A stretch of 64,000 nucleotides of DNA, taken from NCBI GenBank assembly GCA_001563335.1, contig LRSL01000058.1:1-64000 (forward strand), in the 5' to 3' direction. The stretch is from Candidatus Thorarchaeota archaeon SMTZ1-45 (GTDB lineage Archaea; Asgardarchaeota; Thorarchaeia; Thorarchaeales; Thorarchaeaceae). A program made the position numbers and the translations under genes. The notes under the pieces are model-generated. The model saw only the letters and a list, made by a program, of their open reading frames with translations. It was not told where the DNA came from and made no database searches. Positions 59,641 to 64,000 of this stretch are shown here, piece by piece (positions within the stretch are counted from its first letter, which is position 1; every line of letters starts with the position of its first letter).

Positions 59641-59997
59641 GTCATTTGAAATGGCAGATCGTCATTTCTAATAACAGGTCAATAATCCTTTAATTTAAAC
59701 GCAATCGAACCCATTAAAACGTGCTTGATACTACCTAAACGACTCATAACACTGCTAATTACAAATGATTTGCTTTCATGCAAAGTAGTATTCTTCTATA
59801 GACAATATTGTGTAATAGCTTGCGAGAATATTTTCGTCAATACTCAGTCGCATATTCATTTATTTGTAGAATCGACGTGTACAATTCTGCCATCGTAAGG
59901 GACAGAGAGCAATGTCGCACACCAGCAGTTAGATACAAACTCTATTAACATTGTAATCCTCCCGTGATAGACACAATTCCAAGGTTGGAATAGCCAT

Positions 59998-60360
59998 ATG
60001 GTCACAATCTTCATAGTTGATGATGAGGCGATTCTTCATAGACTCTACAAAGATGTCTTCAGCATCAAAGGACACGAAGTTGTGGCAGATGCATATGATG
60101 GGTCTGAAGCAATTGAGAAATTCAGTGCTTTAGATCCTAAACCTGAAGTCATCATTTTAGACCATCGCATGCCCAATAAAGATGGCCTCCAAGCGATGAA
60201 AGAAATCCTTGAGATTGATCCCAAAGCTAAGATTGTTTTCATCAGTGCTGATGCAAATGTAAGGGAACAGGCTATGAACAAAGGTGCAGCAAGTTTTGGT
60301 CTGAAACCTGTGACTATTCGTCACATGCTAGACCTCGTTGAGAGTGCTGTGTCTGATTGA
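59998..60360 (+). CDS. Single-domain response regulator (CheY-like receiver)
   Basis: IVDDE, ILDHRMP..DG, ISA and LKP motifs. Confidence 0.95.
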   Translation: MVTIFIVDDEAILHRLYKDVFSIKGHEVVADAYDGSEAIEKFSALDPKPEVIILDHRMPNKDGLQAMKEILEIDPKAKIVFISADANVREQAMNKGAASFGLKPVTIRHMLDLVESAVSD

Positions 60361-60408
60361 GAATCTATCTCGACAACATTGAGCTAAATCCTAGGGGGCA
60401 GGAATGAT

Positions 60409-60786
60409 CTGACAGAAGTTCCGCATTCTGGTATCATCGTGGCAGGAGAGATTCCCCTATTGAGAGTTTTATTGAAAATGGCTCTTGAGGATGCAGGTTT
60501 TGATGTCGTGGGAGAAGCTGATGATGCCCAAAGTCTTATCGTAATTAGTCAATCCATGAATCCTTCAGTTGTTATTATTGATTTTAATATGGAACAGACA
60601 GACCTTGTCCGTCTCATTGAGGATTTGCTTGATATTGACCCAGTAATTGCGATAATAATCATATCTGATCCTATAGATAGCGTAGGTGAAACTGTTCTTT
60701 CAGCTGGTGCAAGAGCATTTCTTCAGAAACCATTTAGTATGTATGATATGACTGATACTGTTAGGAAAGTAAAACCCATCTATTGA
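60409..60786 (+). CDS. Atypical single-domain receiver
   Basis: IID, IIS and LQKPF retained; acidic pocket replaced by AGE. The first strand GIIVA lies upstream of GTG 60439, so a CTG start at 60409 is inferred. Confidence 0.75.
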   Translation: MTEVPHSGIIVAGEIPLLRVLLKMALEDAGFDVVGEADDAQSLIVISQSMNPSVVIIDFNMEQTDLVRLIEDLLDIDPVIAIIIISDPIDSVGETVLSAGARAFLQKPFSMYDMTDTVRKVKPIY

Positions 60787-60970
60787 CCAACATATGGCAC
60801 ATTTTCCATTTAGAAGCAATAATACATGATTGATTTTCAGTGCCCAATACATCCTCGAAACCTATATCTCACGCTTTCACCCTTTTTTGCGAAGAAAACC
60901 ACTAGAAGTCTTTTGATAGCCATATAAAGCCAAATCAAAGAGGAGCAGGAACTAGTAGGCTCATCAAAAA

Positions 60971-62566
60971 ATGGTGATTGAGACGGTGCAAGACAACCCA
61001 ATAATCCCAGAGTTTATGATGTATACGACAGGATTAGAGGCTAGTGAAATTGAAGAATTGCGTAACCGAATCTCTCAATATTCCCGCTCTAACAGGGACC
61101 GGTTCAGGCTCTTCACAGATATTTTGCTTGAATACGTTGGAAGTGGAGAATGGAAGAATCGTAGTCCTGCTTTTCTTGCGATGTGCGCAAAGGGTAGCTT
61201 TCTAAGAGGTATGTATGGATACAATCAGATTCTTGCAAAAGAGCAATCCAATTTAACAGCAAAAGGATATGCCGCAGCAGCCTATTGTCGTCAAAGTCTT
61301 GATCCTCGTTGGTTGAATAATCTCCGGAATATCACCAACCAGGCTTGGCAATCGAAAGATTACATTGCATTTGCTGAATTATCTGGTCAGCTTGCATCTG
61401 TTCTTATTGACTTGGGATATACTGATCATGCCCGTGAAGTTGCTTCAGAGAGTATAGAGAAAGTAACCCAAGCAACTGCAAAGGATACATCCATTCGAAA
61501 TATGGTTCAAGCTGCTCTCCTTCGAGCAAGAATTATTCTCGCAACCATAGCTGAGACTGCTGAATCTCGTGAGGAGGCGCTGATTCGATTGGACTCAGCA
61601 CAGGATACTGCAAAGCATCTTGATCACCAGCTGGCTCTCACAGATATCAAGTTTTTCAGAAGTCGTGCTTTAGAGGAGTTTTACGAACATGACAGAGCAC
61701 TGAGTCTTGTTACAGCTGCACTTCGGCAATATGAACGGATGGGATATTTGCAGGGAGCTGCTGATGCTCGAAATCTACGAGGAGTTATCCATCTGAATAT
61801 GGGTCGATTACAGGAAGCCCGTGACCAATTCGAAGAATTGCTAATTATTCAACAACGGCTTAACAATCAGATAGGTCTTGCTGCAACACTCATCAATGTT
61901 GGAGAGATTGATCGAACCCTTGATCAGATTCAACAAATGGAAACTTACAACCGTAGAGCTCTCGAAATTAGTCAAGAAGCAGAGTATGTGCGTGGAATTG
62001 TTGTAGCCACTGTAAATCTTGGTGATGTTGCTTTACGCAAGGGTGAAACTGAGGAGGCAATACGGCTCTATAACGAAGGAATTGAACTCTCAGAAAAAGC
62101 CGGAATGAGAACCACTCTTGCACTAACATTATTCTTGGCTGGCGATGCAAATTATATTCTACAGAGATACGATGAAGCTATCACTTGCTACAGACGAGCG
62201 AAGGATGTTTCAGTTGAAATTGACCATCTACTTTATGTATTCAATGCAGATGTGAGTGAACTTGTAACTATTTTAGAAGCTGAGAAAAAACCTGACCATA
62301 AACTCCTATCAATGATACGTTCAACTCTCGGCTCGATAGGCGACTGGTCAGATTCTCCAGAGTTCAGTTTAATGATGGATGTCCGAAAGAAAGTATTAGA
62401 TGACCATACATGTGATAGTGATCTCTGCGTGTTTTTTGATGGTGAGAAGAGTTTTGAATGTAGAGTAGAGAGGATGGGTCTCCGAAAGGAATGCTTTGGA
62501 AATCTATATTGGATGGGTGGTTTGTGCCCTCATTTCAAAGATTTCTTGTCCAAACTTCGAGAATAG
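60971..62566 (+). CDS. TPR-repeat protein with Cys-rich C-terminal motif
   Basis: Repeated A...NLG.V....G...EA...Y..A units; terminal C..C..C..C..CPH. Confidence 0.88.
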   Translation: MVIETVQDNPIIPEFMMYTTGLEASEIEELRNRISQYSRSNRDRFRLFTDILLEYVGSGEWKNRSPAFLAMCAKGSFLRGMYGYNQILAKEQSNLTAKGYAAAAYCRQSLDPRWLNNLRNITNQAWQSKDYIAFAELSGQLASVLIDLGYTDHAREVASESIEKVTQATAKDTSIRNMVQAALLRARIILATIAETAESREEALIRLDSAQDTAKHLDHQLALTDIKFFRSRALEEFYEHDRALSLVTAALRQYERMGYLQGAADARNLRGVIHLNMGRLQEARDQFEELLIIQQRLNNQIGLAATLINVGEIDRTLDQIQQMETYNRRALEISQEAEYVRGIVVATVNLGDVALRKGETEEAIRLYNEGIELSEKAGMRTTLALTLFLAGDANYILQRYDEAITCYRRAKDVSVEIDHLLYVFNADVSELVTILEAEKKPDHKLLSMIRSTLGSIGDWSDSPEFSLMMDVRKKVLDDHTCDSDLCVFFDGEKSFECRVERMGLRKECFGNLYWMGGLCPHFKDFLSKLRE

Positions 62567-62599
62567 ATTCAACAATCATAATCGCTACTGGTGCTGGAT

Positions 62600-62907
62600 A
62601 TGAACAATAACAAGAGGATATTGGTTGTTGATGATGATGATATCGCCACAAATTTGGCAAAAACATTTCTTGAGAAACATGGATTCGAGGTGATGTGATG
62701 CTTCCAATAATTGATGGTTTTAAAGTTTGCAAAGAATTGAAAGAACACATCAGTTTTAAAAAAACTCCAATTCTGATTTTGACTGCTAAAAATCGTATCA
62801 GTGATATTCAAAGAGGAAAATCTGTTGACGCTGATGAGTATATCATCAAACCTTTCTCATCGAAAAATCTTGTAGCAATAATTAGAAAACATTTCGGAAT
62901 ATTGTAA
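62600..62907 (+). pseudogene. Receiver-domain gene with internal deletion plus frameshift
   Basis: MNNNKRILVVDDDD...HGFEVM stops at 62698; the -1 frame resumes DVMLPIIDG...LTAK...KPF; the central segment is missing. Confidence 0.8.
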
Positions 62908-62924
62908 AATGGTGTTTTCCAAAT

Positions 62925-63644
62925 CTATTCTATATCGACTATAATTTTGGTATCATCATCAGAATCTCTATCCTCTGATTGCTGAGGTTTCTCTGATAAC
63001 ATACTCTCGAATAGCCTAAGTGCTTCCTTAACTGTACTTGCCCACGCTTCTTCTCGTTCTTGGATAGAATCGTCCACCTGTTGGCGAATCGGATCGATGA
63101 GCGACCTCACTTTCTGACAGCTTTCTTCATCCCATTCTGCATATTCCATGATGGTTTCTATCTGCCTTATTATCTGGCTTCGAATAGATGCAAACCGCAT
63201 TCTTTCCTCATCAAGATTCTCAAGTCTTTTATTGACTTTACCAAGCTCACGAAGGAGTTTTCTGACTGCTGTTACATCTGGTCTTGCTTCAGGGATAACA
63301 AATCCCTGTGGAACAATTAGACGCGTTCCTGTTCTTCCATGACTTGTGAGCCTGACTACAAAGGCATCAGGGAGGATTGTTGTTGAAAGACCAAAACGAA
63401 CATTGAGACGATAGTAGACTCTATCGGGTCCAACTTCACTCTCTCCATGTTCACGTTCAACCAATCCTGCGTCTTGAAGTGCTTCAAGATGTTTAAACAC
63501 ACCACGCGGAGTTAGACCTAGCACTTTGCTCAACTCGTAGGGATATCTCTCACCTTGTGCTAAAAGACGAAGAATTCTCCTGCGTGTTTCGTTTCCTAAA
63601 GCCTTGAAGACTTTGTCAAGATCACTTGGTCCTTCTTGTGTCAA
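62925..63644 (-). CDS. ArsR-family HTH regulator with coiled-coil C-terminus
   Basis: FKALGNETRRRILRLL, HL..L..AGLV and R.YY motifs. Confidence 0.9.
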   Translation of the reverse strand: MTQEGPSDLDKVFKALGNETRRRILRLLAQGERYPYELSKVLGLTPRGVFKHLEALQDAGLVEREHGESEVGPDRVYYRLNVRFGLSTTILPDAFVVRLTSHGRTGTRLIVPQGFVIPEARPDVTAVRKLLRELGKVNKRLENLDEERMRFASIRSQIIRQIETIMEYAEWDEESCQKVRSLIDPIRQQVDDSIQEREEAWASTVKEALRLFESMLSEKPQQSEDRDSDDDTKIIVDIE

Positions 63645-64000
63645 CCGTTATCATCTTTCCATCGATATGATATTCACATGTCAGCTATACTGAATTACAG
63701 ATAATCAACGCTTTCCCATATTCCATAGAGAAATATCAACCACTCAATATAGAGCTTGTCTGGTTCCCAAAAGTCAATCCCAGAAGTTGACATCCATTCT
63801 GGAAATACTTCGTCTTGTTTCAATTCCATTATATGCTCTCCAATTATTCGACTATTTACTAGGTTACTCGAGTAATTCTTGCTAGATTCTAGTTTATCTA
63901 AGATACCAATTGGTATCTTAGCATTTAAGGCTTGGCACATGACCATAATTTCAGTGGTCAGCTTTTCTACTATTTTCTAATCTTCGAACTGCTTTGGTCA

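Larger units (their letters stand above)
55035..59882. repeat. Dispersed cluster of 14 GTA(A/C)ACG(C/T) boxes
   Basis: Plus-strand copies start at 55035, 55058, 55102, 58455, 58566, 58595, 59296. Minus-strand copies occupy 8 bp from 55282, 55322, 58124, 58308, 58495, 58732, 59875. Confidence 0.85.

Noticed and set aside
62696-62698. Selenocysteine read-through of the TGA in the receiver gene
   Set aside because: Read-through hits TAA four codons later, and homology continues in a different frame.
372-63342. Numerous 60-210-aa ORFs overlapping or antisense to called genes
   Set aside because: Shadow frames of well-supported CDSs, with no motifs of their own.
63695-63946. 83-aa minus-strand ORF at the window edge
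   Set aside because: No recognisable motif, and in-frame stops upstream mean it is not the tail of a longer gene. It may be a fragment.

Overview
Archaeal chromosomal window, most likely from an Asgard archaeon (Thorarchaeia-like). This is inferred from the archaeal TyrRS and IorAB, a Rab-like domain, a PPP phosphatase, LRR/HEAT/TPR proteins and giant single-pass surface proteins. From left to right it contains: an ADP-forming acyl-CoA synthetase subunit; a membrane-anchored metzincin followed by two tandem paralogous ~2560-aa Ig-like-repeat surface proteins with homologous cytoplasmic tails; tyrS; a polyprenyl-phosphoribosyltransferase/PHP/flippase-like operon; a pseudo-Rab/SLOG/PPP operon; a PIN-domain protein divergent from an unannotated ~250-nt highly structured RNA; an FtsX/MacB-type ABC system; an ~11-kb redox-stress cluster with a broken trxB; dsrEFH; and a 5-kb region carrying 14 copies of a GTA(A/C)ACG(C/T) box, inverted repeats and a very AT-rich tract (candidate non-canonical origin or centromere-like locus), followed by stand-alone receiver domains. 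I saw no rRNA, tRNA, CRISPR array or transposase. All calls come from reading motifs by eye; no searches or folding programs were run.
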